DNA of 32,000 nt from Methylorubrum extorquens (GTDB lineage: Bacteria > Pseudomonadota > Alphaproteobacteria > Rhizobiales > Beijerinckiaceae), in contig LT962688.1 in NCBI GenBank assembly GCA_900234795.1, forward strand, positions 720,001 to 752,000, written 5' to 3'. Below the pieces are notes generated by a model, which searched no databases, was not told the DNA's origin, and saw nothing but the letters and a program-made list of their open reading frames with translations. Below, in pieces: positions 1-7,556 of the stretch; within the stretch, counting starts at the first letter, position 1, and each line of letters begins with the position of its first letter. A program made the translations under genes and the position numbers.

Positions 1-173
1 CGGCGCGCATCGACGGCGCCATGAGCAAGCGGGCCAAGACGACCCGCTCCGAGTTCTGGACCAGCCGGGAGCGCGATGCCCTCGTGCTCGGTGCCGTCGG
101 CGCCGCCCTGCTCGGAACCGCCCTGGCGGCGCGCGCTCTGCGCCGGCCGCTGCGTCTGCTCGGGCGGCTCTGA
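1..173 (+). CDS. 3' end of a hypothetical small membrane protein (partial at window edge, or a complete 50-aa peptide from ATG 21)
   Basis: Frame 3 is open from the window edge to TGA 171-173 with strong G/C third-position bias. The translation ...MSKRAKTTRSEFWTSRERDALVLGAVGAALLGTALAARALRRPLRLLGRL contains one hydrophobic helix. No family recognised. Confidence 0.3.
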   Translation, partial: ARIDGAMSKRAKTTRSEFWTSRERDALVLGAVGAALLGTALAARALRRPLRLLGRL

Positions 174-175
174 GC

Positions 176-280
176 GAAAGCGCATTCCGACGACGTGGTC
201 ACCGGTTCGTCGAGAGAATGCACGTCAAAACAAAGGCCTAGAGCGCCGGCCTGATGCAGTCAGGTCGGATACGGCCCTAG
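176..280. repeat. Copy of a dispersed Rhizobiales-type intergenic element (core GTGGTCACCGGTT...CAAAACAAAGGCCTAGAGCG)
   Basis: Non-coding stretch whose core (GTGG-ACCGGTT-CG-GAGAATGCACGTCAAAACAAAGGCCTAGAGCG, then a second CTAG at 277-280) resembles, from memory, a roughly 100-bp element scattered in intergenic regions of Rhizobiales genomes. Only one copy is in this window, so repetition cannot be shown here. Confidence 0.3.
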
Positions 281-351
281 CCCTTTCTTCACCCGCAGCG
301 GGCGGATAGGACCGTCCGATCTCCGGCCCGCCCGCGGGCATCCATGAGGAC

Positions 352-1230
352 TTGCCCGTGCCCGGTTACCTGCCCTTCGCCGGCGCCCTGAAGCTGCCCG
401 CCTATACCTGCGACAATTGCGGGTTCTGGCAGCGCCACTTCGAGGCGCCGCCGCATTGCCCGATGTGTCTCGACGCCCGCCACGTCGTGCCGCAGGACGG
501 CTGGCGCTTCCGCACCACGCGCGAGGCGCAAGACGCCTTTCCCTGCCACTGGGAAGAGCTGGAGCCCGGAATCTGGCGCTTCTGGAACGACCCGGTCTCC
601 GGCATCGGTCCGAGCGCCTACCTGATCCGGACCGAGAACGGGAATATGGGCTTCGAGGCCTGCCCCGTCTTCAGCGAGGCGGCGCTCGACCAGATCGAGC
701 GGCTCGGCGGGATGCAGGTGCTCTCGGCCTCGCACCCGCATTCCTACGGGGCGCTGGTGCAGCTTCAGGACCGCTTCGACCCGGAACTGTGTCTGCCGGC
801 GGCCGACTTCATCTGGAGCGCGGCGCTTCAGGTCTCCTGGCCCTACGACGACTTCCTCGAACCCCTTCCCGGACTGGAACTGCACCGCACCGCCGGCCAT
901 TTCGACGGCCACGCCGTGCTGTTCGACCGCAAGCGCAAGATCTGTTTCTGCGGCGACGCGCTCAAGTTCGAGCTCGACCCGAACGACTTTCGCAAGGCGC
1001 TGACGATCTCGGCCCACAAGGCCTTCGTGCGCGGCGTGCCGCTCACCGTGAACGAGCTGCGCCGCTATCGCGACGTGTTCGAACGCCTCGATTTCACCCA
1101 GACCTGGACTCCGTTCGAGCCCGCCGCCAATGTCGGCCGGGCCGAGGTTGTGGCGCTGATCGACGCCATGCTCGGCAGCCGGCCCCACGCCGCACCGGTG
1201 CCGCTGGACCATCTCCGCCGCGGCGGCTGA
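352..1230 (+). CDS. MBL-fold-like metallo-hydrolase family protein with N-terminal Cys4 zinc-ribbon
   Basis: 292-aa ORF with high GC3. The N-terminus has CDNC-x12-CPMC (zinc-ribbon pattern). It is followed by SASHPHSYG (degenerate HxHxDH), HRTAGHFDGHAVLF and CFCGDAL, which resemble later MBL metal-ligand motifs. The start may be GTG 358, which is better spaced from GAGGA 346-350, rather than TTG 352. Confidence 0.6.
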   Translation: MPVPGYLPFAGALKLPAYTCDNCGFWQRHFEAPPHCPMCLDARHVVPQDGWRFRTTREAQDAFPCHWEELEPGIWRFWNDPVSGIGPSAYLIRTENGNMGFEACPVFSEAALDQIERLGGMQVLSASHPHSYGALVQLQDRFDPELCLPAADFIWSAALQVSWPYDDFLEPLPGLELHRTAGHFDGHAVLFDRKRKICFCGDALKFELDPNDFRKALTISAHKAFVRGVPLTVNELRRYRDVFERLDFTQTWTPFEPAANVGRAEVVALIDAMLGSRPHAAPVPLDHLRRGG

Positions 1231-1303
1231 GCGCGCTCACGACAAGGCTCGCAGGCCGGGCCGGGCGGAAGACACGCATCCCATTTGGTTCGCAGGGGAG
1301 GGC

Positions 1304-1323
1304 GAGCGGTCTGAAGACCGCTC
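1304..1323 (+). terminator. Stem-loop downstream of the MBL-like gene (GAGCGGTC-TGAA-GACCGCTC)
   Basis: Perfect 8-bp stem with a 4-nt loop, 74 nt after the stop at 1230. There is no U-tract, so terminator function is uncertain. Confidence 0.3.
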
Positions 1324-1487
1324 CCTTCCGGCTATCTGCGAAGAGGCAGCGAAGCCGACCGATCGTCGAACCCAGGCGGACGGGCGAGGAGACACTGCCA
1401 GCGCAATGGCGAGTTTATATCATATGTTACTAGCGTAGTTGCCGTCTGTGCGACGCATGTCGAAACAAGATTGCAGCCTACAGACGA

Positions 1488-1516
1488 TTGTAACGTTCTA
1501 CACCACGGATTTTAAT
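1488..1516 (+). promoter_or_regulatory. Candidate sigma-70-type promoter for the chemoreceptor gene
   Basis: TTGTAA-N17-TTTAAT lies inside a roughly 140-bp AT-rich island (1413-1550, about 40% GC versus about 70% elsewhere). It is a motif match only. Confidence 0.25.
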
Positions 1517-1558
1517 CCATAATTTACTCAGAAAATGAACATTCGTCATAAGGGGCGG

Positions 1559-1663
1559 ATGAAAGACATCGAGCGAAATCGCCGAGATCCGCCCTCGATC
1601 AATGACGACATCGCTCTGGCGACGTGGCTGCCGGAGAAAGATTGCGTCACGGGGGTTCTGTGA
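1559..1663 (+). CDS. Possible 34-aa upstream ORF / leader peptide abutting the chemoreceptor start
   Basis: ATG 1559 is preceded by AAGGGG (1550-1555). The [37 protein letters not shown] ends at TGA 1661-1663, overlapping the MCP ATG 1663 (TGATG). GC3 is only about 73%, below neighbouring genes, so coding status is doubtful. Confidence 0.2.
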   Translation: MKDIERNRRDPPSINDDIALATWLPEKDCVTGVL

Positions 1664-3123
1664 TGTTCCGTAAGCCCAAGCAAAGTGACGCCCAAGCGAA
1701 GCTCGATGCACTCGATCGATCGCTCGCGACCATTGAGTTCGCGATGGATGGGACGGTTCTCGACGCGAACCGGAACTTTCTCGACGCGATCGGCTACGAG
1801 CTCGACGAGATCAAGGGCCGGCATCACCGCATCTTCGTCGAGGCCGCCTATGCCGAGAGCGCCGATTATCGCGCCTTCTGGGAGACGCTGCGCGGCGGCA
1901 AGTACGCCTCGGGCGAGTTCCCCCGTCTCGGCAAGTCCGGACGCAAGATCTGGCTGGAAGCCACCTACAACCCGGTGCTCGGGGCGGACGGCAAGCCGGA
2001 GCGGGTGATGAAGTTCGCCACCGACATCACCGCCAAGAAGAACGAGACGAGCCGGCTGCTGACGATGATCGACGGTATGCCCGTCGCCGTCATGACAGTG
2101 GACCCGAAGGACGAGTTCAAGATCAACTATCTGAACAAGACCTCGGTGACGACGCTCTCCACCATCGAGGAGCATCTGCCGATCAAGGTCTCGGAGATGA
2201 TGGGCCGCTCCTTCGACGTCTTCCACAAGCACCCGCAGCATCAGCGGACGATGCTGGCCGACAGCAGCCGCCTGCCGCACCGGGCCAAGATCCGGGTCGG
2301 CCCCGAGACCCTCGATCTGCGCGTCTCGGCGATCCACGGGCCCGAGGGCGAGTATGTCGGCCCGATGGTGACGTGGTCGGTGATCACAGCCCAGGTTCAG
2401 ATGTCGGCGGACGTCTCGCGGGTGGTCGAGGCGGTGCGGTCGGCGGTGGAGCGGATGGGGTCCTCGGCGGAGGAGCTGTCGCGCTCGGCCGAGGACGCCC
2501 GGCAGCGCGCGGCCTCGGTGGCGGCGGGCTCGGCGCAGATGACGGCCTCGATCCAGGAGATTTCGGGGCAGGTCGGCAGCGTGTCCGAGCGCGCCCAGCG
2601 GATCGCGGCCCAGGCCGAGACAACCGATCTGACGGTGCGCCAGCTCGCCGAGAACGCGCGCAAGGTCGATGCGGTGGTGGCGATGATCCGCTCGATCGCC
2701 GATCAGACCAACCTGCTCGCCCTCAACGCCACCATCGAAGCGGCCCGCGCGGGCGCGGCCGGCCGCGGCTTCGCCGTGGTCGCCGCCGAGGTGAAGGCGC
2801 TGGCCGAGCAGACGGCGAAGGCGACCGGCGAGATTTCCGGACAGATCGCCGCGATCCAGAGCGCCACCGGCGAGGCGGTCGAGGCCATCGGCACGATCAC
2901 CGCGGCGGTGACGGACCTCTCGGGGCTCACGCTTGCGATGGCGAGCGCGGTCGAGGAGCAGGCGGCCTCGACGCACGAGATGTCCGGCAACATCGTCGGC
3001 GTGTCCTCGGCGGCGGACGCCACCGGCAGCCACGTCGACTCGGTCCGCACCATCGCCGAGGATCTCGCGACGCATTCCGCCGGCCTGGGCGCCAGCGTCG
3101 AGAAGTTCCTCAAGGCGAGCTGA
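1663..3123 (+). CDS. Cytoplasmic methyl-accepting chemotaxis protein with two PAS domains
   Basis: The N-terminus [59 protein letters not shown] is a typical PAS start. A second PAS-like region contains FHKHPQHQR. The C-terminal MCP signalling hairpin is [39 protein letters not shown]. No transmembrane or HAMP segment was seen. ATG 1663 is preferred over the track's GTG 1624. Confidence 0.9.
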   Translation: MFRKPKQSDAQAKLDALDRSLATIEFAMDGTVLDANRNFLDAIGYELDEIKGRHHRIFVEAAYAESADYRAFWETLRGGKYASGEFPRLGKSGRKIWLEATYNPVLGADGKPERVMKFATDITAKKNETSRLLTMIDGMPVAVMTVDPKDEFKINYLNKTSVTTLSTIEEHLPIKVSEMMGRSFDVFHKHPQHQRTMLADSSRLPHRAKIRVGPETLDLRVSAIHGPEGEYVGPMVTWSVITAQVQMSADVSRVVEAVRSAVERMGSSAEELSRSAEDARQRAASVAAGSAQMTASIQEISGQVGSVSERAQRIAAQAETTDLTVRQLAENARKVDAVVAMIRSIADQTNLLALNATIEAARAGAAGRGFAVVAAEVKALAEQTAKATGEISGQIAAIQSATGEAVEAIGTITAAVTDLSGLTLAMASAVEEQAASTHEMSGNIVGVSSAADATGSHVDSVRTIAEDLATHSAGLGASVEKFLKAS

Positions 3124-3204
3124 GGACGGGACGCGGACGGGAAGAGCCGCGTAAGGCCGATGTGCCGCATGTCACGACATTCGGTCGTGCCATGCAACCG
3201 GGCG

Positions 3205-3242
3205 CCGCCGAAGGGCTTATCACCACTTCCGCCCTTCGGCGG
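3205..3242. other. 12-bp perfect inverted repeat (CCGCCGAAGGGC-N14-GCCCTTCGGCGG)
   Basis: Read directly from the sequence. It lies 82 nt downstream of the MCP stop, has no U-tract, and could be a terminator or mRNA-stabilising hairpin. Confidence 0.4.
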
Positions 3243-3254
3243 TCCGAGCCCGTC

Positions 3255-3461
3255 ATGATCGACAGCACACGCCTCCTCCCGCCCGGCTTCGGCCTTTCGA
3301 CGGATCCCGTCCTGTTCGGCGTGTCGGAGGGGCTCGCACGGCTGCTGCCGTTGCCGGACGACGACTTCGCCGCCCTTTGCCAAACCGGCACGGGCGGGGA
3401 GGGCGCCTTCCTCACGCTCGCCTCGGTCGAGCCCTCGGCGGAGGCGGACCCGGCGGGCTGA
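3255..3461 (+). CDS. Small hypothetical protein (68 aa)
   Basis: The ATG 3255 to TGA 3459-3461 ORF MIDSTRLLPPGFGLSTDPVLFGVSEGLARLLPLPDDDFAALCQTGTGGEGAFLTLASVEPSAEADPAG has very high GC3 consistent with coding. No family recognised and no clear RBS. Confidence 0.35.
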   Translation: MIDSTRLLPPGFGLSTDPVLFGVSEGLARLLPLPDDDFAALCQTGTGGEGAFLTLASVEPSAEADPAG

Positions 3462-3557
3462 AGCGGAGGGGCAAGGGGAAGGAGAAGGGCCGCCCTCCTG
3501 CGGCCACGTTCCTGGCCAGACTGCGCGGCGCAACGATCCGCGGAGACGCCCTCTTTC

Positions 3558-4202
3558 ATGTCCTTCCTTCAGGGACTTCCGATCGCCGACCTCATCGCCC
3601 ATTACGGCTACCTCGCCGTCTTCGTCGTCGTCGCGCTGGAGAGCGCGGGCGTTCCGATGCCGGGTGAGACCATCCTGATCTCGTCGGCCGTCTATGCCGG
3701 CAGCACCGGCAGCCTCAACGTCGTCCTCATCGTCGCCGCGGCGGCCGCAGCCGCGATCCTCGGCGACAATGTCGGCTACTGGGTCGGGCGCCGCTGGGGC
3801 ATGCCGCTGCTGCTGCGCTACGGCCACCTCATCGCCCTCGACCACGGCCGGCTGAAGCTCGGGCAATACCTGTTCCGGGAGCATGGCGGGAAGATCGTGT
3901 TCTTCGGCCGCTTCACCGCGATGCTGCGCGCCTATGCGGCGGTACTGGCGGGCGTGAACCGGCTCGATGCGCGCCGCTTCATGCTGTTCAACGGCCTCGG
4001 CGGCGTCGCCTGGGCCGGCATCATGGGCTTCGGCCCCTATGCCTGCGGCCGCTCGATCGAGCACATCGTCGGCCCCGTCGGCCTCGCGCTACTGGCCTTC
4101 GTGGTCTTCGGCGGACTGGCGCTCTGGCTGTTCATGAAGCGCCACGAGGAGCGGCTGCTGCTGAAGGCGGAAGCCGCGATCCCCGGCCCACTGACGCACT
4201 AA
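3558..4202 (+). CDS. DedA family inner-membrane protein
   Basis: The N-terminal signature YGYLAVFVVVALESAGVPMPGE is typical of DedA/SNARE-associated proteins. It has several hydrophobic helices and is 214 aa. Confidence 0.85.
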   Translation: MSFLQGLPIADLIAHYGYLAVFVVVALESAGVPMPGETILISSAVYAGSTGSLNVVLIVAAAAAAAILGDNVGYWVGRRWGMPLLLRYGHLIALDHGRLKLGQYLFREHGGKIVFFGRFTAMLRAYAAVLAGVNRLDARRFMLFNGLGGVAWAGIMGFGPYACGRSIEHIVGPVGLALLAFVVFGGLALWLFMKRHEERLLLKAEAAIPGPLTH

Positions 4203-4241
4203 TCTTTTTTCGATTTAGATCGCGACGGCGGCCATAAGGGC

Positions 4242-4500
4242 CCCTCACCCCGCCTGCGGGGAGAGGGCTTCGGCGACCACAGAACTCGGGTGTTCCCGAG
4301 TTCTGATCCAAGGTGCCCAAGTCGGGCAGGCCCGACTTGGGTCGTCGCCGAAGCGAGGCGGCAGCCAAAGGTGAGGGGGCGGTTCAGGACGGACATGCCT
4401 CGTCCTGAACCGCCCCCCCTCACCATCGCTTCGGCTACGCCTCCGCTTCCCGCAGGCACGACAGGGTGCCTGCGGGCCTCTCCCCGCGTGCGGGGAGAGG
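4242..4500. repeat. Array of six palindromic (REP-like) stem-loops between convergent dedA and tal/pgi
   Basis: Hairpins read directly: 4242-4267 (CCCTCACCCCGC/GCGGGGAGAGGG, one mismatch), 4281-4304 (10 bp), 4316-4341 (11 bp), 4371-4423 (17 bp perfect plus 4 bp after a bulge), 4449-4476 (11 bp), 4477-4500 (10 bp, CCTCTCCCCG/CGGGGAGAGG). Confidence 0.8.
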
Positions 4501-4508
4501 GGGAAGCC

Positions 4509-7334
4509 TTATCCGGCGACCGCTGTCTTGATCGCCGCGGCGACGCGCTTCACGCCGCCGGAGACATCACCGCCCTTGAGGTGGATTCTCAGCGCCCGGC
4601 GCTTGCGCTCGGACAGCACGGCGAAATCGCCCCGCGCCTGCGCCGCGATCACCGTCTTGAACCCGAGCTTGCGCCCGGGGATCGGCAGATCGGCCGAGGG
4701 GTCGGCAGTGATCTGGAGGAACACGCCCGAAGCGGGACCGCCCTTGTAGGCCTGCCCGGTCGAGTGGAGGAAGCGCGGGCCGAATTCCAGGCAAGTTGCG
4801 ACCTGCCGCGCGTCGCGCACCGTGAGCCGGGCCTCCTGCAACGCCGCGTGATGCGCCTCGTTGCGCTCCACATAGGCGAGCACGGCGACGTAGTCGCACG
4901 GCTTCACCCGCGCCAGATGCGCGGCCACGATCGCCTCGAAGCCCCCGCCGGGGCGCAGGACCTCCGCGTTGGCCGCATCGGCGTAGAGGGCGATCGTCGC
5001 GTCCTCGAAGATCGGCGTCTCGGCCGGCAGGGCGCCGGTCTCCTCGGCGCTGGCGAACAGCTTCTTCGTCTCGATCTTGCTCGCCTCGACGTCGGGCTGG
5101 TCGAACGGGTTGATGCCGAGCACCGCCCCGGCCACGGCGGTGGCGATCTCGAAGCGGAAGAATTCCTGCGGGAGCTGTTCCACCTTGTCGAGATCGATGC
5201 GCACCACCGGCTGCGCCTCGCTCTCTAGGATCTTCACCGCCTCGTCCTGGCGCGCATCGGCCTGGCTGGTCAGGCGGAGATACACGAACAGGCGGTCCTC
5301 GCCGTAGACGGCCGGTACGCCGACCGGCTCGCCCTCGACGGGGATGATGCCGACGCCTTCCTTGCCGGTCGACTCGGCGATGAGCTGCTCGGCCCAGGTG
5401 CCGAAGGTGCCGATGCCGGGGGAGGCGATGATCGTGATCTTGTCGCGCCCGAAATCCTTGGCCGCGACACCCATCGCCGCGCCGAGGCGCACGCCGGGAT
5501 TCACGGCGGGCGGCACCGCCGGCCCGCAGGAGCGGACCATCATCCGGGCGCTGTCGAGGAATTCGCGGATCTCGACGCCGGCCGCCGCCGCGGGAACGAG
5601 ACCGAAGGCCGAGAGCACGGAGTAGCGCCCGCCGATCTGCGGAACCCCCAGAAAGATCTTGCGGAAGCTGTCGTCCCTGGCGGCCTTTTCCATCGCCGAG
5701 CCGGGATCGGTCACGGCGACGAAATGCCGGCCCGCCTTATCGGCGCCGACGACCTCCTTCATCCGGCCGAGGAAGTAGTCGCGGAACACGTTGGGCTCGA
5801 GGGTCGAGCCGGACTTCGAGGCGACGATGAAGAGGGTCGTCTCGAGGTTCACCGCAGCCTCGACGGCGCGGACCTCGTCCGGGTCGGTCGAGTCGAGGAT
5901 GCGCAGCTTCGGGAAGCCCTCGCGGTGGCCGTAGGTGGCGGAGATCACCTCCGGGCCGAGGCTGGAGCCGCCCATGCCGAGCACCACCGCGTCGGTGAAG
6001 CCCTCGGCGCGGACCTCTTCGGCAAAGCTTTCGTAGAGATCGACCCGCTCCAGTTCGTCCTCGACGATGCGCAGCCAGCCGAGCCACTTGTCCTCGTCAC
6101 GGCCAGTCCAGACCGTGGCGTCGTGCGCCCAGAGCCGGCGGATCGCGCCGCTCGCGCGCCAGGACTCGACCGCCTTGTCGGTCGCCGCCTGGAGAGGCTC
6201 GTCGAACTTGAAGGTCTGCGCGTCGAGCCGGTGGTCGAGCAACGCCGCCCGCTTACCCGCGACCGCGCCGAGCAGGGCGTCGGCGGCATCGACGAAGAGC
6301 TGCACGCCCTCCTCGACGAGCTGGCGCGCCACCGCCTCGATGTCGATGCCGGCCTCGGCCAACCGTGCCATCACGGTCTCGGCCTCGCCGATATTCTCCT
6401 CCAGCGTCGCGCGCACCCGGCCGTGGTCACGGAACGCGTCCATGGTGGCCGGCGGCATGGTGTTGACGGTGTTCTTGCCGATCAACTCCTCGACGTAGAG
6501 CACGTCGGAATAGGCCTTGTTTTTGGTGCCCGTGGAGGCCCAGAGCAGGCGCTGCGCCTTCGCCCCCTTGGCCTCCAGCGCCGCCCATTTCGGCCCGGCG
6601 AAGATGCGCTTGTAGCGCTGGTAGGCGAGCTTGGCGTTGGCGATCGCCACCTTGCCCTTGAGATCCTCGTAGCCGCCGACCTCATCCAGCTTCTTGTCGA
6701 CGAGGCTGTCGATGCGGCTGATGAAGAAGCTCGCCACGCTCGCGACCTTCGAGACGTCGCCGCCCTTGGCGCCGAACTCGGTCAGCCCGTCGATGAAGGC
6801 GTTGGCGACCTCCTCGTAAACGCTCTGCGAGAACAGCAGCGTGATGTTGACCGAGATGCCCTCCGCCGTGAGCTGGCGGATCGCCGGCAGGCCGGCGGGG
6901 GTGGCCGGCACCTTGACCATGAGGTTGTCGCGCCCGACCGCCGCGTGCAGGCGGCGGGCCTCGTTCAGGGTCTCCTCGGTGTCGAGGGCGAGATAGGGGG
7001 AGACTTCGAGGCTGACATAGCCGTCGGCGCCGTCGCTGGTGTCGTAGACCCGGCGCAGGACGTCGGCCGCCGCCTGGATGTCGGCGATGGCGAGCCCCTC
7101 GTAGAGATCGATGACGCGGGCATCGCCCTGGCTCAGCACGGCCTTGAGGCTGTCGTCGTACTCGGCCGAGTGGCCGATCGCCTTCTCGAAAATGGCCGGG
7201 TTGGAGGTGACGCCGCGCAGGTCGTCCTTCTCCACCAACGCCTGGAGTTCACCCTTGGCGATGAAGCCGCGGGCCACGAAATCGAGCCAGACCGCCTGCT
7301 CGTGCTCGGCGAAGAGGGCGTTCAGCGCGTTCAT
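4509..7334 (-). CDS. tal: Bifunctional transaldolase / glucose-6-phosphate isomerase (Tal-Pgi fusion)
   Basis: 941 aa. The N-terminal transaldolase motifs are GVTSNPAIFEKAI and the Schiff-base lysine context MVKVPATPAGL. The C-terminal PGI/SIS motifs are VVLGMGGSSLGPEV and FIVASKSGSTLEP. Confidence 0.95.
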   Translation of the reverse strand: MNALNALFAEHEQAVWLDFVARGFIAKGELQALVEKDDLRGVTSNPAIFEKAIGHSAEYDDSLKAVLSQGDARVIDLYEGLAIADIQAAADVLRRVYDTSDGADGYVSLEVSPYLALDTEETLNEARRLHAAVGRDNLMVKVPATPAGLPAIRQLTAEGISVNITLLFSQSVYEEVANAFIDGLTEFGAKGGDVSKVASVASFFISRIDSLVDKKLDEVGGYEDLKGKVAIANAKLAYQRYKRIFAGPKWAALEAKGAKAQRLLWASTGTKNKAYSDVLYVEELIGKNTVNTMPPATMDAFRDHGRVRATLEENIGEAETVMARLAEAGIDIEAVARQLVEEGVQLFVDAADALLGAVAGKRAALLDHRLDAQTFKFDEPLQAATDKAVESWRASGAIRRLWAHDATVWTGRDEDKWLGWLRIVEDELERVDLYESFAEEVRAEGFTDAVVLGMGGSSLGPEVISATYGHREGFPKLRILDSTDPDEVRAVEAAVNLETTLFIVASKSGSTLEPNVFRDYFLGRMKEVVGADKAGRHFVAVTDPGSAMEKAARDDSFRKIFLGVPQIGGRYSVLSAFGLVPAAAAGVEIREFLDSARMMVRSCGPAVPPAVNPGVRLGAAMGVAAKDFGRDKITIIASPGIGTFGTWAEQLIAESTGKEGVGIIPVEGEPVGVPAVYGEDRLFVYLRLTSQADARQDEAVKILESEAQPVVRIDLDKVEQLPQEFFRFEIATAVAGAVLGINPFDQPDVEASKIETKKLFASAEETGALPAETPIFEDATIALYADAANAEVLRPGGGFEAIVAAHLARVKPCDYVAVLAYVERNEAHHAALQEARLTVRDARQVATCLEFGPRFLHSTGQAYKGGPASGVFLQITADPSADLPIPGRKLGFKTVIAAQARGDFAVLSERKRRALRIHLKGGDVSGGVKRVAAAIKTAVAG

Positions 7335-7404
7335 CTCTAGCGTCCTCGCGTAATTCTTGTGCGTCCCCCGTGCCCGGTAGATAGGGCGGTCGCGGGCGCC
7401 TTAA

Positions 7405-7540
7405 CCCTCCCCCCTCTGCGGGGGAGGGTGCCCTGCGGATGCAGGGCGGGAGAGGGGCCGACTCAGATCTTTCCGGAGCCGGCGCTCCCCTCACCCGACC
7501 CGCTTCGCGGGCCACCCTCTCCCGCTTCAGGGGGAGAGGG
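7405..7540. repeat. Cluster of GGGGAGGG/GGGGAGAGGG-type palindromic hairpins in the tkt to tal/pgi spacer
   Basis: Hairpins at 7405-7428 (CCCTCCCC/GGGGAGGG), 7430-7447 (GCCCTGC-GGAT-GCAGGGC) and 7515-7540 (CCCTCTCCC/GGGAGAGGG). They belong to the same family as 4242-4267, 4477-4500 and 22178-22198. Confidence 0.7.
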
Positions 7541-7556
7541 CTCAACGTCTGCGCCC

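Noticed and set aside
2373-3461. 362-aa ORF spanning the MCP 3' half and the downstream spacer
   Set aside because: Most of it is an out-of-frame Gly/Arg-rich overlap with the MCP gene. Only its last 68 codons (3255-3461) show independent coding character, and these are reported separately at low confidence.
4242-7540. The hairpin arrays as a CRISPR array
   Set aside because: The palindromic units differ in sequence and length, there are no constant repeats separated by unique spacers of fixed size, and no cas genes are present.
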